NCBI GenBank assembly: GCA_034667725.1
Contig: JAXDQS010000003.1
Location: forward strand, 160,001-224,000
Direction: 5' to 3'
Source of the DNA: Thermoplasmata archaeon
GTDB lineage: Archaea; Thermoplasmatota; E2; JACPAO01; JAHFTW01
DNA length: 64,000 bases
Shown here one piece after another: positions 36,071 through 47,282 of this stretch. The position numbers and the translations under genes are program-made. A model generated the notes under the pieces. The model did no database searches. It was given only the letters and a program-made list of their open reading frames with translations, and was not told the DNA's origin. Within the stretch, counting starts at the first letter, position 1; each line of letters begins with the position of its first letter.

Positions 36071-36727
36071 TCACTCCCCCTCCAGCACGATTGGCCACAG
36101 CAGCCATGCCGCCCCCGCCGCCAGCAGGTCGTAGCCCGCCATCGCCAGCAGGGGGGCCCGCGCGTCCGCCACGCTGGCGCCCGACAGCAGCGCGGTGGTC
36201 GCGGCCAGCCCCGCCTGCAAGAGCGGGAACGCAGCGGGCACCAGCAGCACCGGCAGGATGGCGTCGCGGGCGCGCGCCTGCACGGCGAGGGCCGCCGCCA
36301 GCGTCGCCAGCACCGCCAGGCCGACGGCCGCCAGCCCCAGGACCACCGCGAGCCCAAGCGGCGCGGGCAGCGCGAACAGCCAGCCGAGCACGAGCCAGGC
36401 GGCGCCGCCCAAGAGCAGGAGCAGGACGAAGTGCAGCAGGGTGCGGCTCCAGCCGTGCAGCCCCACGGACACCGGCGCCGAGCGCAGCAGGTCGAGGGTG
36501 CCTTGGTCGGCCTCGGCGGCGAGGCCCCGGCCGGCCACCGCGCCGGCGCCGAACACCAGCGGCGTCCAGAGCAGCGCGGCGGCGGTGGCGTGCGCGCCGG
36601 CCAGGCTGCGGAACGACAGCAGGTCGACGGCGGCGAACAGCAGCACCAGCACCAGTCCCGCTTGCAGCGCCTCGCGGCCGCGCCACTCGCGGCGCGCGTC
36701 CTTCCACAGCAGCGCGCCCAGGCTCAC
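36071..36727 (-). CDS. ccmB: heme exporter protein CcmB
   Basis: LLWKD.R.EWR.RE, E.DQGTLDLL, LPVLLVP..FP.L. Confidence 0.85.
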   Translation of the reverse strand: MSLGALLWKDARREWRGREALQAGLVLVLLFAAVDLLSFRSLAGAHATAAALLWTPLVFGAGAVAGRGLAAEADQGTLDLLRSAPVSVGLHGWSRTLLHFVLLLLLGGAAWLVLGWLFALPAPLGLAVVLGLAAVGLAVLATLAAALAVQARARDAILPVLLVPAAFPLLQAGLAATTALLSGASVADARAPLLAMAGYDLLAAGAAWLLWPIVLEGE

Positions 36728-37332
36728 GCCAGGCGGCCCTCCTGGAGGCGGACGGCGCGGTGCGCGACGCGGGCGGCCTGCGCCTCGTCGTGCAGGGCGA
36801 CCAGGATGGCGCCGCGGTGGCGGGCGAAGCGCCCCTCGAGCCAGGCCGTGCCTTGGGCGTCGAGGCTGGCGAACGGCTCGTCGAGCAGCAGCAGGGGCCG
36901 CTCGGGCAGGAGGGCCATGGCGAGGGCGAGGCGTTGGCGGGTGCCGCGGCTCAGGTCGCGCACCGGGGTCTGGAGGTGGGCGGCGAGCCCCGCCTCTTTC
37001 AGGAGGCCGTCGTCGCCGGGGACCCCTTGGACGCGGGCCCACCAGTGGAGGTGCTCCGCCGGCGTCAGCTCGGGGTAGAGCGGGGCGTCCTGGGTGAGGA
37101 GGGAGAGGCGGCGGCGGGCGGCCTCGGGGTCCTTGGCGGCGTCGACGCCGCCGACGTGGACCGTGCCCGCGGCGGGGCGGCTGAGGGTCGCGGCGATGCG
37201 CAGCAGCGTGGACTTGCCGGCGCCGTTGGGCCCTAGCAGGGCGACCCGTTCGCCGGGGCCGAGCTGGAGGTCGACGCCGCGCAGCACCTCGGCGCCGTCG
37301 AACGACTTGCGGACGCCGGCCAGGCGCAGCAT
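36724..37332 (-). CDS. ccmA: heme ABC exporter ATP-binding protein CcmA
   Basis: GPNGAGKST, LSRGTRQR, LLLDEPF.SLD; context. Confidence 0.85.
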   Translation of the reverse strand: MLRLAGVRKSFDGAEVLRGVDLQLGPGERVALLGPNGAGKSTLLRIAATLSRPAAGTVHVGGVDAAKDPEAARRRLSLLTQDAPLYPELTPAEHLHWWARVQGVPGDDGLLKEAGLAAHLQTPVRDLSRGTRQRLALAMALLPERPLLLLDEPFASLDAQGTAWLEGRFARHRGAILVALHDEAQAARVAHRAVRLQEGRLA

Positions 37333-37337
37333 CGCGG

Positions 37338-38039
37338 CTAGGCTCCCTCGAACTGCCGGCGGATCAAGGCGTTCTCGGCGGTCTGGAGGCGCTTGTGGAC
37401 GGCGGCCTTGGAGACCCCGAACGCGGTGGCAAGCTCGTCGAGGGTGCAGGCGCGCGGGTCGGAGTAGTAGCCCATGCTGATCGCCATCTTGACCACCTCG
37501 ACCTGGCGCGGCGTCAAGAGGCGGCCTTTCTGGCGAAGGCGCAGCTCGGGCTGGTACTCGCCGACGTGCAGCAGCTTGAAGTCGTCGGCGGGGACGACGC
37601 GGCGCATGTGGACCGTGAACTCGTTGAAGGCGGCCAGGCCGGCGGGGTTGGGGGACAGCACGGCGATCACGATGTAGCCGCCCTCGACCACCACGGGCTG
37701 GAAGATGGTCTCGGGGCCCAGCATCCGGATGGTCATCTGGATCGGGTCGTGCCGCTGGTAGTAGGTGAGGACCGTCGTCGAGATCTCCACCGAGCCGTAG
37801 TCCTCGCTCTCGGACAGCATCTCGAAGGTGCCGTAGCGCTTGGCGAACTGCCCCGTCAGGAACCGGGTCCGCGTCTGGCGGTCGGCCAGGATGGTCACGA
37901 TGGCGCGCTCCACCGGCGCGTGGGCGCTGGCCCGCATCAGGTTCAGCACGATGCGGGCCTGCGGATGCTCCTGCGTGAACTGGCACAAGAGGTTGTCCTG
38001 GGACCGGATCTTGAAGACGTACTCCGTCAGCCCCTGCAC
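37338..38039 (-). CDS. bacterio-opsin activator-type (HTH-10) regulator
   Basis: LTPRQVEVVKMAISMGYYSDPRACTLDELA..FGVSKAAVHKRLQTAE. Confidence 0.85.
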   Translation of the reverse strand: MQGLTEYVFKIRSQDNLLCQFTQEHPQARIVLNLMRASAHAPVERAIVTILADRQTRTRFLTGQFAKRYGTFEMLSESEDYGSVEISTTVLTYYQRHDPIQMTIRMLGPETIFQPVVVEGGYIVIAVLSPNPAGLAAFNEFTVHMRRVVPADDFKLLHVGEYQPELRLRQKGRLLTPRQVEVVKMAISMGYYSDPRACTLDELATAFGVSKAAVHKRLQTAENALIRRQFEGA

Positions 38040-38184
38040 GCCGGGCCCGACCGCCTGGGGGTTGATGAAACGTGGACCTGCGAACCCGCCCGGTTTCTAT
38101 GTCAACCCCGCGGCAAGCCGACCGTTGACTTCTCAAGCCTCGGCACGGCAAAGGTTTAGATGCGACGAAACTGGCCGCGGGCCC

Positions 38185-39099
38185 ATGCGAGGCCTTGCCC
38201 TCCTGGCGACCGCCATGGTCCTGCTGGCCGGCTGCACCGGCGGCGCCGACGACACTTCGTCCCCCGGCCCCGTGCCCGGCGACGACTACCCTGGCAAGCC
38301 CACCGGCAGCGACGCGCTCGCCATCGTCGGCGTCGTGCATTCCGAGGCGCTCGTGCCCCTCGCCCAGGCCGAGCTGGCCATCGACGGCCTCGGCCTCCGC
38401 GCCATCTCCGACGCCCAAGGGCAGTTCTCGTTCCCGCCCGTCGAGCCCGCCATCTACACCGTGCACGCCACGGCGGCAGGCTACCGGTCGGCCACCCTCA
38501 CGGCCCGCCCCGCCGGCGGCGCCCTCGAGTTCATCCTGGCCTCCACGGGCCCCGTCCAGCCCTACAACAACACGCTGCCGTTCCACGGCTACCTGGAATG
38601 CGCCGCCGAGTACCTCATCATCACCGGCCCCTGCGACGCCGTCCTGATCGCGGGGGGCCAGGAGCCGGTCTTCCAGAACCAGAGCGCCTTCCAGTTCGCC
38701 ACCGACCCCAACTGGGCCACCATGGTGTTCGACGTCGACTTCGACCCGGACCAGGCCCAGGCCATCGACGGCCTCCGCCTGACGCTGCGCGGCAAGGACG
38801 ACTCCGACTCCACCGGCACCTACGAGCAGTACGGCCGCTTCCACGACGCCGCCCCCTTCAGCTTCCGCGTCGAGCCCAACGGCAACTACACCGACGGCAC
38901 CAAGCCCGTGCCCGCCAACGCCACCGCGTTCACCGTGGACGTGTACCCGCAAGGCAAGGCCTACCACGAGGTGTGCGACCCGTCCGGCGCGACCTGCTTC
39001 CTCGGCGTCGGCGCCGCCACCAACATCCGGTTCGACGTGTACGTGACGGTGTTCTACCTGGAGCCGGCGCCGGCAGGGTTCACCCTGCTCGGGGCCTAG
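38185..39099 (+). CDS. lipoprotein with carboxypeptidase-regulatory-like domain
   Basis: LLAGC lipobox; G.V......PLAQA......SDAQGQFSF..V.P..YTV.A.A.GY. Confidence 0.75.
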   Translation: MRGLALLATAMVLLAGCTGGADDTSSPGPVPGDDYPGKPTGSDALAIVGVVHSEALVPLAQAELAIDGLGLRAISDAQGQFSFPPVEPAIYTVHATAAGYRSATLTARPAGGALEFILASTGPVQPYNNTLPFHGYLECAAEYLIITGPCDAVLIAGGQEPVFQNQSAFQFATDPNWATMVFDVDFDPDQAQAIDGLRLTLRGKDDSDSTGTYEQYGRFHDAAPFSFRVEPNGNYTDGTKPVPANATAFTVDVYPQGKAYHEVCDPSGATCFLGVGAATNIRFDVYVTVFYLEPAPAGFTLLGA

Positions 39100-39100
39100 C

Positions 39101-39520
39101 ATGGGGCCGCCGCCCTACTCCACCGCCAGCGCCGCCAGCGAGCTCCTGGTCACGGCCGCCGTCCTCTACGTCGTCGCGCGGGCCTACCGCCGCGGCGACT
39201 TCCGCCGCGCCCTCATCGCCATCGTCCTCGCCTTCGAGGTGTTCGCCAACGTCCTCTACATGGCCTACCGGATGGCCGTCCCGACGCCGCCGCTGGCGCA
39301 AGCCGCGGGCTGGCTGGGCGGGGTCGCCGCGCTGCACGGCATCCTGTCGCTTGCCATGCTGCTGTTCCTGGGCATCCTGGTGGCGCTGGCGTGGCGCGAC
39401 GGCGAGCGCGGCACCAACACCTTCCGCGAGCTCAAGGGCACGACGTGGACGTTCGTCGGGCTCTGGCTCGTCTCGGTGGCAAGCGGGGAGTTCCTGTACG
39501 CGGCGCTGTACCTGGCCTAA
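39101..39520 (+). CDS. 4-TM membrane protein (DUF420-like)
   Basis: Four TM helices, ALHGILSL. Confidence 0.55.
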   Translation: MGPPPYSTASAASELLVTAAVLYVVARAYRRGDFRRALIAIVLAFEVFANVLYMAYRMAVPTPPLAQAAGWLGGVAALHGILSLAMLLFLGILVALAWRDGERGTNTFRELKGTTWTFVGLWLVSVASGEFLYAALYLA

Positions 39521-39891
39521 CGCTTCTTGGCGCCCATCCCAGGCATGGCCGCGGCCTGCCGGAACCACTTGGCGAGCTGCCGCTCGTCCAGCTTGTCCCC
39601 TTCGCGCAGGTCGAGCGAGCGCATCAGTTCGCCCGTGCCTTCCGGCGGAGGCGGCGTCAGCTCCGCGCCGCGGAAGAAGTTGACCTTGACGTGCGCCTTG
39701 AAGCCCGCCAGCGCCGCGAACCAGCCGTTCGCCTCGGTGCCGTAGTTCGGGACGCGCCACTTGATGGCGCGTCGCACGCCGGGCACCTCCCGCGCGACGA
39801 TGGCGTCGATGCGGCGCGCGACCTCGCGCTGCCAGCCGGGCAGGGCCGCGAGGTAGGCGGCGACGGCCGCGTCGTCGCTGGCCGCCGCCAT
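39517..39891 (-). CDS. DUF1801 (YdhG-like) protein
   Basis: VAAYLAALP.WQR, IKW.VP.YG, FKAHVKVNFFRGA.L. Confidence 0.8.
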   Translation of the reverse strand: MAAASDDAAVAAYLAALPGWQREVARRIDAIVAREVPGVRRAIKWRVPNYGTEANGWFAALAGFKAHVKVNFFRGAELTPPPPEGTGELMRSLDLREGDKLDERQLAKWFRQAAAMPGMGAKKR

Positions 39892-40943
39892 CAGTGCACG
39901 CCGCCGACCGGGTGATGCACGCCGGTCCCCTTCGCGACGTGCCCGACGACCTTCACGTCGTACTGGACCTGCTTGCGCAGGAAAGCGACGGCCTCCTTGG
40001 CGCTCGCCTCGGGGACGACGACGCAGAAGCCCATGCCCATGTTGAACGTCTTGTACATCTCGGCGTCGGCGACGGCGCCCAGCTCCTGCACGCGGCGGAA
40101 CACGGGCTGGACCGGCAGCGGGTCCACGATGTCGTAGCGGACGCCCTGGTGGATGCGGCGCAGCTTCCGCAGGCCCGAGCCCGTGATGTGCGACAGGCCG
40201 TGCACCGGGATGCCCGACTTCAACAGCGCCAGGATCTCGCGGACGTAGATCCGGGTCGGCTCCAACAGGACGTCGCCGACGCGGGCGCCCTTGGCGTAGC
40301 CGTCCGCCGCCCACGGCCACGGGTCGGTGTACTTGTGGCCGCCGCGCTCGAACGCCTTGCGCGCCAGCGAGTAGCCGTTGGAGTGGATGCCCGTCGAGGC
40401 GAGGCCCACGATGGCGTCGCCGGGCTGGATCTTGCTGCCATCGACGATGGCGTCGCGGCGCACGTGCGCGAGGCAGGTGCCGGCGAGGTCGAAGCCCTTG
40501 ATGATGCCGGGCAGGCTCGCGGTCTCGCCGCCGATCAGGCTGCAGTTGGCCTGGCGGGCGCCCTCGTTGAGGCCGATGCCAACTTGGCGGGTGAGGTCGG
40601 GGTCCGGGTCCTCGACGGCCAGGTAGTCCACGAACGCCAGCGGCTCGGCGCCGACGCAGAGCGCGTCGTTGACGTTCATCGCCATGCAGTCGATGCCGAC
40701 CGTGTCCCACTTCCGCAGGGCGTTGGCGACCTCGACCTTGCTGCCGACGCCGTCGGTGCACAGCACGAGGGCTTGGTCGGGGCCGAACTCGATGAGGCCC
40801 GCGAAGTGGCCGATGCGGCCGAGCGGCTTGCCAAAGCCGGAGCGGGCGAAGCTCACCATGCCCGCGAGCGCGTCGATGGCCTTGTCCTCGCGGTGGATGT
40901 CCACGCCGCTGCCGGCGTAGGTGAGCGCGTCCTTGCCCGTCAC
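39891..40943 (-). CDS. purM: phosphoribosylformylglycinamidine cyclo-ligase
   Basis: YAGSGVDI, TDGVGSK, GGETA, HSNGYSL, HITGSG, TFNMGMG. Confidence 0.96.
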   Translation of the reverse strand: MTGKDALTYAGSGVDIHREDKAIDALAGMVSFARSGFGKPLGRIGHFAGLIEFGPDQALVLCTDGVGSKVEVANALRKWDTVGIDCMAMNVNDALCVGAEPLAFVDYLAVEDPDPDLTRQVGIGLNEGARQANCSLIGGETASLPGIIKGFDLAGTCLAHVRRDAIVDGSKIQPGDAIVGLASTGIHSNGYSLARKAFERGGHKYTDPWPWAADGYAKGARVGDVLLEPTRIYVREILALLKSGIPVHGLSHITGSGLRKLRRIHQGVRYDIVDPLPVQPVFRRVQELGAVADAEMYKTFNMGMGFCVVVPEASAKEAVAFLRKQVQYDVKVVGHVAKGTGVHHPVGGVH

Positions 40944-40978
40944 GCCCGCCGCCACAAGGAGGCCGCTTAGAAGCTTGG

Positions 40979-41425
40979 CTACGGCTGGACGGCGTCGGGC
41001 GCGGCGGGCTTGCGCTTGGGTGCCGCGAACGCCAGGATGGCGGCCTGCAGGGCGGTGAGTGCCACGGCGCCGGTGACGAGCAGGATGACGGTGGCCTCCG
41101 GCAGCGGGTACTGGTGCTGCTTGCAGGTCGCTGTGAGGATCACGTCCGCGCAGGTCGGCTCCGCGTCCAGGTCCAGGAAGCCCCGGCCGGCGACCACGAA
41201 GTTGGGGATGGCGAAGATGATGGCGCCGAACAGCCCGACGACGCGGGCGTCCGGATGGCCGCGCGCGTACAGCAGGCCGCACATCAGCGTAAACACGGCC
41301 GACACCAAGGTCGCCGCGGCCCAGACGGGGTCCGGGGCCGTCTTGGCGGCCCCGTCCAGCGGGTAGCGCACGACGTACCAGAGCGCGACCGCCCACCCGA
41401 CGCTGGCCAAGCCCGCCAGCAGCAT
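40979..41425 (-). CDS. hypothetical membrane protein
   Basis: Four hydrophobic segments with a Cys pair in a loop. Confidence 0.55.
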   Translation of the reverse strand: MLLAGLASVGWAVALWYVVRYPLDGAAKTAPDPVWAAATLVSAVFTLMCGLLYARGHPDARVVGLFGAIIFAIPNFVVAGRGFLDLDAEPTCADVILTATCKQHQYPLPEATVILLVTGAVALTALQAAILAFAAPKRKPAAPDAVQP

Positions 41426-41521
41426 CCCGACGGCGCCGGCGCCCCGAGCCTTGAACACGCGCGAGCGACGGGGCTGCGCGCTATTCAAGGGTTGCGAAGG
41501 CCGCGGCCGGCCGCGGGCGGG

Positions 41522-43360
<1,839 letters not shown>

Positions 43361-43429
43361 GCCCCAGGCAACGCGTGGTGCCGTGATAACGGTGATGCAG
43401 GCTAAGAGCGGCCGGGGCTTGCCGCGGCC

Positions 43430-44056
43430 GTGGAACAAGAGGCCGCCGCCTGGGATGCCCGCGAGGCGTACCGGTTCCTCACCGCGGCCGTCGCCCCCCG
43501 CCCGATCGCCTGGGTCACGACCCTGTCGCCCGCCGGCCTCCCCAACGCGGCGCCGTTCAGCTGGTTCAACGCCGTGTGCGCCGACCCCATGATGCTCGCC
43601 ATCTCCATCCAGCGGCGCGCCGACGGCTCCCTCAAGGACACGGTGCGCAACATCCGCGACACCGGCGAGTTCGTCGTCAACGCCGTGACCCGCGGGCTGG
43701 TGGCGCCGATGGTGGCCTCCTCGGTCGACTTCCCGCCCGACGTGTCGGAGCCCGAGCGCCTGGGCTTGCGCCTGGCCCCGTCCAAGGCCGTCCGCCCGCC
43801 CCGCCTCGCCGACAGCCCGATCCACTTCGAATGCCGCCTGCACAGCGAAACGGTGCTGGGCCGCAAGGGCGACCTCAGCCACGTCCTGGGGGAGGTCGTC
43901 CACGTGGGCGCCGACGACGCGGTGCTGGACGCGCACGGCCACCTCGACCCCGCCAAGGCGGTGCTGCTTGCCCGCATGGGCGGCGCGAACTACGTGGCGG
44001 CCGACCGGCCGTTCGAGCACAAGCGCCCGAGCGGCGACGCGCTGCGCGGCGCTTGA
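43430..44056 (+). CDS. flavin reductase family protein (DIM6/NTAB)
   Basis: PRPIAWVTT, NAAPFSWFN, KDT.RNI..TGEFVVN, ARMGG..Y. Confidence 0.88.
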   Translation: MEQEAAAWDAREAYRFLTAAVAPRPIAWVTTLSPAGLPNAAPFSWFNAVCADPMMLAISIQRRADGSLKDTVRNIRDTGEFVVNAVTRGLVAPMVASSVDFPPDVSEPERLGLRLAPSKAVRPPRLADSPIHFECRLHSETVLGRKGDLSHVLGEVVHVGADDAVLDAHGHLDPAKAVLLARMGGANYVAADRPFEHKRPSGDALRGA

Positions 44057-44062
44057 CGGCCT

Positions 44063-44419
44063 TCAGAACGTCCCGCGCGCCACGACGTCCCGCACGAAGG
44101 CCGGGTCGTGGTCGATGCGGACCTCGCTCACGCGATCGCCTTGGGCCTTGAGGCGCACGACGGCGTAGGGGACCTGCAGGCGCTCGGGGTCGCTCCACTG
44201 CACCAGCATGGGCTCGCCTTCGACCATCAGCACGCGGCCGAGGCCGCCGGCGAACTCCCTGCCAAGGGCCGCAAGGACCGAATCTGGGCCCTCCCCGACC
44301 CATTCACCGTCGCGCACCACGCGGGACGAGGCGGGATAGTGCCCTGCGAGCGCGGCCGTGTCCTGGCCGTTGCAGCAGGCAGCATGATGCCGGAAGAGGG
44401 CTGCGCGAGCGGCGTCCAT
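44063..44419 (-). CDS. SnoaL/NTF2-like small protein
   Basis: H.A..N..D.AAL..HY...S pattern and a C-terminal G.RV.E.RI strand. Confidence 0.5.
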   Translation of the reverse strand: MDAARAALFRHHAACCNGQDTAALAGHYPASSRVVRDGEWVGEGPDSVLAALGREFAGGLGRVLMVEGEPMLVQWSDPERLQVPYAVVRLKAQGDRVSEVRIDHDPAFVRDVVARGTF

Positions 44420-44531
44420 GGCAACCACGGAATGATTGCACGGCGACCATAAGAACCCGCGGCCGGCAGCCGAACGGGTTCACGTCCGGCGCAGGGACAA
44501 TCCTCGTAAGCCGGCGGCAACTGGCGGCCAG

Positions 44532-46565
44532 GTGAACGGCGCGGGCGCCTCGCCGGACTTTTACCTGAAGGCGATCGCGGCGGTGGGCGCCCTGCTGTTC
44601 GGCGGCTTCGTGCTGGCGGGCGGCCCCCGGCGCCGGGCGAGCCTGTTCCTGGCCGGCTTCCTGGCGCTGATCGCCGGCAACCAGGCCGTCGAGGCCTACC
44701 GGGCGCTGGTGCCCGGCGCCTACGAGGACCTTGGGCTGTTCCGGCTGGCGACCCTGTTCGCGCTGCTGGACCCGCTGCTGCTCTACGGCTTCGCCGCCTC
44801 GTACCCGCGCCGCAACCGCCTCGCCCAGCCCGCCCGGTGGCTGCCGCTCGCCGCGGCCCCGCTGCTGCTGCTCGGGTGGGCCTTGAGTGTTGCGACCACC
44901 GACGCGGGCGACCCGCGCTTCCTCTGGGGCGAGGTCGGGCTGGCCGCCTACACGGCCGCCGCCTACCTGCAGGTCTGGGCGTGGGCGCTGCGGCGGGCGG
45001 CGGCGCGGCCCGGCTCCCCGACCCGGCTCCTGTTCGCGGGGATGTGCTGCGCCGCCATCCCGGCGTTCGAGCGGGTCAGCGGCGACCTCAGCCGCTTCGC
45101 CGACGGCCCCGCCGCCCAAGACCTCGTCAAGGTGGCCTTGTGGGCCCCGCTGGCGGCAGGCGTGCTGTGGGCCGTCGCGCGCCGGGCCCGCGGCCGCCGC
45201 ACAGGGCCGTTCCTGCTCGGCTGGGCCGGCTTCGGGCTGCTCTTGATGGTGCTGCTCAACCTGTTCTCGGCCATCGCGGTCGTCACCCGCCACGACCCTG
45301 CCCCAGAGCTTGGCGTGATCGGGCGGGCCGCCGCCTCGGTGCGCTGGCTGCTGTTCGCCGGCCTGGTGTCGGTCGCGGTGCTGCGCCACGACCTCCTGGG
45401 CCTGAGCATGGGCGTCCGCCGCGCCGCCGCCCGCGTGATGGTCGCCTTCGCCTTCGTCGTGGCCGCCGTGCTGCTCTTGGTCTCGACCAGCCCGCTTTTG
45501 GGCCCGACGGGGCCGTCGCTGTGGTTCGAGCTGGGCATCCTCGCCGCCGCCGTGCTGCTGTCGCAGGGCTTCCGCGCGGTCGTGGGCCGGGCCGCGCGCA
45601 TCCTCTACGGCGTGCCCGACCGCTCCGACCCCGCCGCCGCGGCCGACGCCTACCGGCTCGGCGTGCTGCAGGCGCTCGAGAGCGGCATGACGCCGCACGA
45701 CGCGCCCGTGCGCCGGCTGCAGGCGGAGCTCGGCCTCGACGACCGCACCGCCGCCGCCATCGCAAGGGCCGCGGGCGACGCCGTCGGCGGGCCGCTCGCG
45801 GCGGGGCAGGTGGTCGGCGGGCGGTTCCGGGTCGAGCGCTTCCTCGGCCGCGGGGGCTCCGGCCGCGCCTTCCTGGCGCACGACGAGCTGCTGCAGCGCA
45901 CCGTGGTGCTGAAGGAGGTCCTCACCGACGGCCCCGACGACGAGGCGGAGGTGCTGCGCGAGGCGCGGCTGGCCGGCGGCCTGCAGCACCCGAACGTCGT
46001 CACGGTCCACGACGTGCTGCGCCGCTCCGGCTCGATCCTGCTGGTGTCGGAGCACGTGGCCGGCGGCTCGCTCCAGCAACGACTGGCGGAGGCGCCGCCA
46101 GAGCCGGAGGAGGCGCTGGACATCGCCGATGGCGTGCTGGCCGGGCTGGAGGCGATCCACGCGCTCGGCATCGTCCACCGCGACCTCACGCCCGGCAACG
46201 TCCTGCTGCGCCCCGACGGCCTGCCGAAGATCGCGGACTTCGGCATCGCGCGCGCCCGCGCCGGCGCGGCGGGGGCCACGGCCCGCTTCGGCGACGAGCC
46301 CGTGCAGGGCACGCTCGGCTACATGGCGCCCGAGCAGCGCCGCGGCGAGCCGGCCACGCCCGCCTCCGACGCCTACCAGGCCGGCCAACTGCTGCGCGCG
46401 CTGTTCGCGGACGCCATGCCGGCCGGGCTGGCGGCGGCGGTCAAGCGGGCGCTGGCGGCCGACCCGGCGGCGCGGCCGGACAGCAAGCAGCTGCGGGCCG
46501 CGGTGCGCCGCGCCCGCGCCGCCCTCAAGCCTGGAACACCAGCGCGCTCCGGCCGACGCCGATGA
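44532..46565 (+). CDS. membrane-bound Hanks-type Ser/Thr protein kinase
   Basis: N-terminal multi-TM region; LGRGGSG, VVLK, HPNVV, HRDLTPGN, DFG, GTLGYMAPE, SDAY. Confidence 0.9.
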   Translation: MNGAGASPDFYLKAIAAVGALLFGGFVLAGGPRRRASLFLAGFLALIAGNQAVEAYRALVPGAYEDLGLFRLATLFALLDPLLLYGFAASYPRRNRLAQPARWLPLAAAPLLLLGWALSVATTDAGDPRFLWGEVGLAAYTAAAYLQVWAWALRRAAARPGSPTRLLFAGMCCAAIPAFERVSGDLSRFADGPAAQDLVKVALWAPLAAGVLWAVARRARGRRTGPFLLGWAGFGLLLMVLLNLFSAIAVVTRHDPAPELGVIGRAAASVRWLLFAGLVSVAVLRHDLLGLSMGVRRAAARVMVAFAFVVAAVLLLVSTSPLLGPTGPSLWFELGILAAAVLLSQGFRAVVGRAARILYGVPDRSDPAAAADAYRLGVLQALESGMTPHDAPVRRLQAELGLDDRTAAAIARAAGDAVGGPLAAGQVVGGRFRVERFLGRGGSGRAFLAHDELLQRTVVLKEVLTDGPDDEAEVLREARLAGGLQHPNVVTVHDVLRRSGSILLVSEHVAGGSLQQRLAEAPPEPEEALDIADGVLAGLEAIHALGIVHRDLTPGNVLLRPDGLPKIADFGIARARAGAAGATARFGDEPVQGTLGYMAPEQRRGEPATPASDAYQAGQLLRALFADAMPAGLAAAVKRALAADPAARPDSKQLRAAVRRARAALKPGTPARSGRRR

Positions 46566-47241
46566 TGTCGCCCTTCTCCAACGGATGCTGCTTGCCCTTG
46601 GCGATGGTCTCGAAGTTGAGCTGGGTGCCGTTGCGGCTGTGCGGCAGGTCCTCGATGCGGTAGCCGACGCCGTCGAACCGGATGCGGGCGTTCTCGGCGC
46701 TCACCGAGGCGTCGAAGTCGAGCGACACCGCCAGCCCGCGGCGCCGCCCGATGAGCCAGGCCGCTTCCCCCGTGGCCGGCGGCTTGAGCCCGAACACCTG
46801 GCCTTCGTCGAGGCCCTTCACCAGGACGAGGCGCGGCCCAGGGGCATGGGCCGGCGAGGGCGCCGGCGCGAACACCTGCGTGAGACCGGCCACGGGCTCC
46901 GCGGGCCGCAGCCGGGCCAGCGCGCGCACCTCCTCGCTCAACGAGAACAGCGCACGGTGGTTCACCACGTACTCCAGCGTCGTGCCACGGCCCCGGTCGG
47001 CGTCGCGCGCCACCACGATGCCCATCTCGACCAGCCGGTCCAGGTGCTGCTTGACGGTCTGGCGCGCCAGGATGCGGCCGCCCGCCTTGGTCTCCGGCCC
47101 GCGCAGCGTGATCTGGGTCACCGTCCGCGGCGTGCGCAGCTCGCGCAGCAGCCGGATGCGCGCCGGGGTCGCAAGCGCCCGCAGCGCGTCCGCGAACGCT
47201 GCCGTCGAATCCGGCGCGCCCAGAGGCTCGTCCTGGTCCAT
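46525..47241 (-). CDS. ArsR-like HTH + FHA domain protein
   Basis: ALATPARIRLL...QTVKQHLDRLVEMG; FHA IGRR...VSAENARI...IEDL..SRNGT.LN...GDII.VG. Confidence 0.85.
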   Translation of the reverse strand: MDQDEPLGAPDSTAAFADALRALATPARIRLLRELRTPRTVTQITLRGPETKAGGRILARQTVKQHLDRLVEMGIVVARDADRGRGTTLEYVVNHRALFSLSEEVRALARLRPAEPVAGLTQVFAPAPSPAHAPGPRLVLVKGLDEGQVFGLKPPATGEAAWLIGRRRGLAVSLDFDASVSAENARIRFDGVGYRIEDLPHSRNGTQLNFETIAKGKQHPLEKGDIIGVGRSALVFQA

Positions 47242-47282
47242 GGCGTGGCCACCGCATCCCGTGGGTATATGCTGCGCGGCCC

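Noticed and set aside
44424-44443. ACCACGGAATGATTGCACGG as a fourth CACGGAT element
   Set aside because: Only a partial single arm with no matching inverted arm; may be chance or a relic
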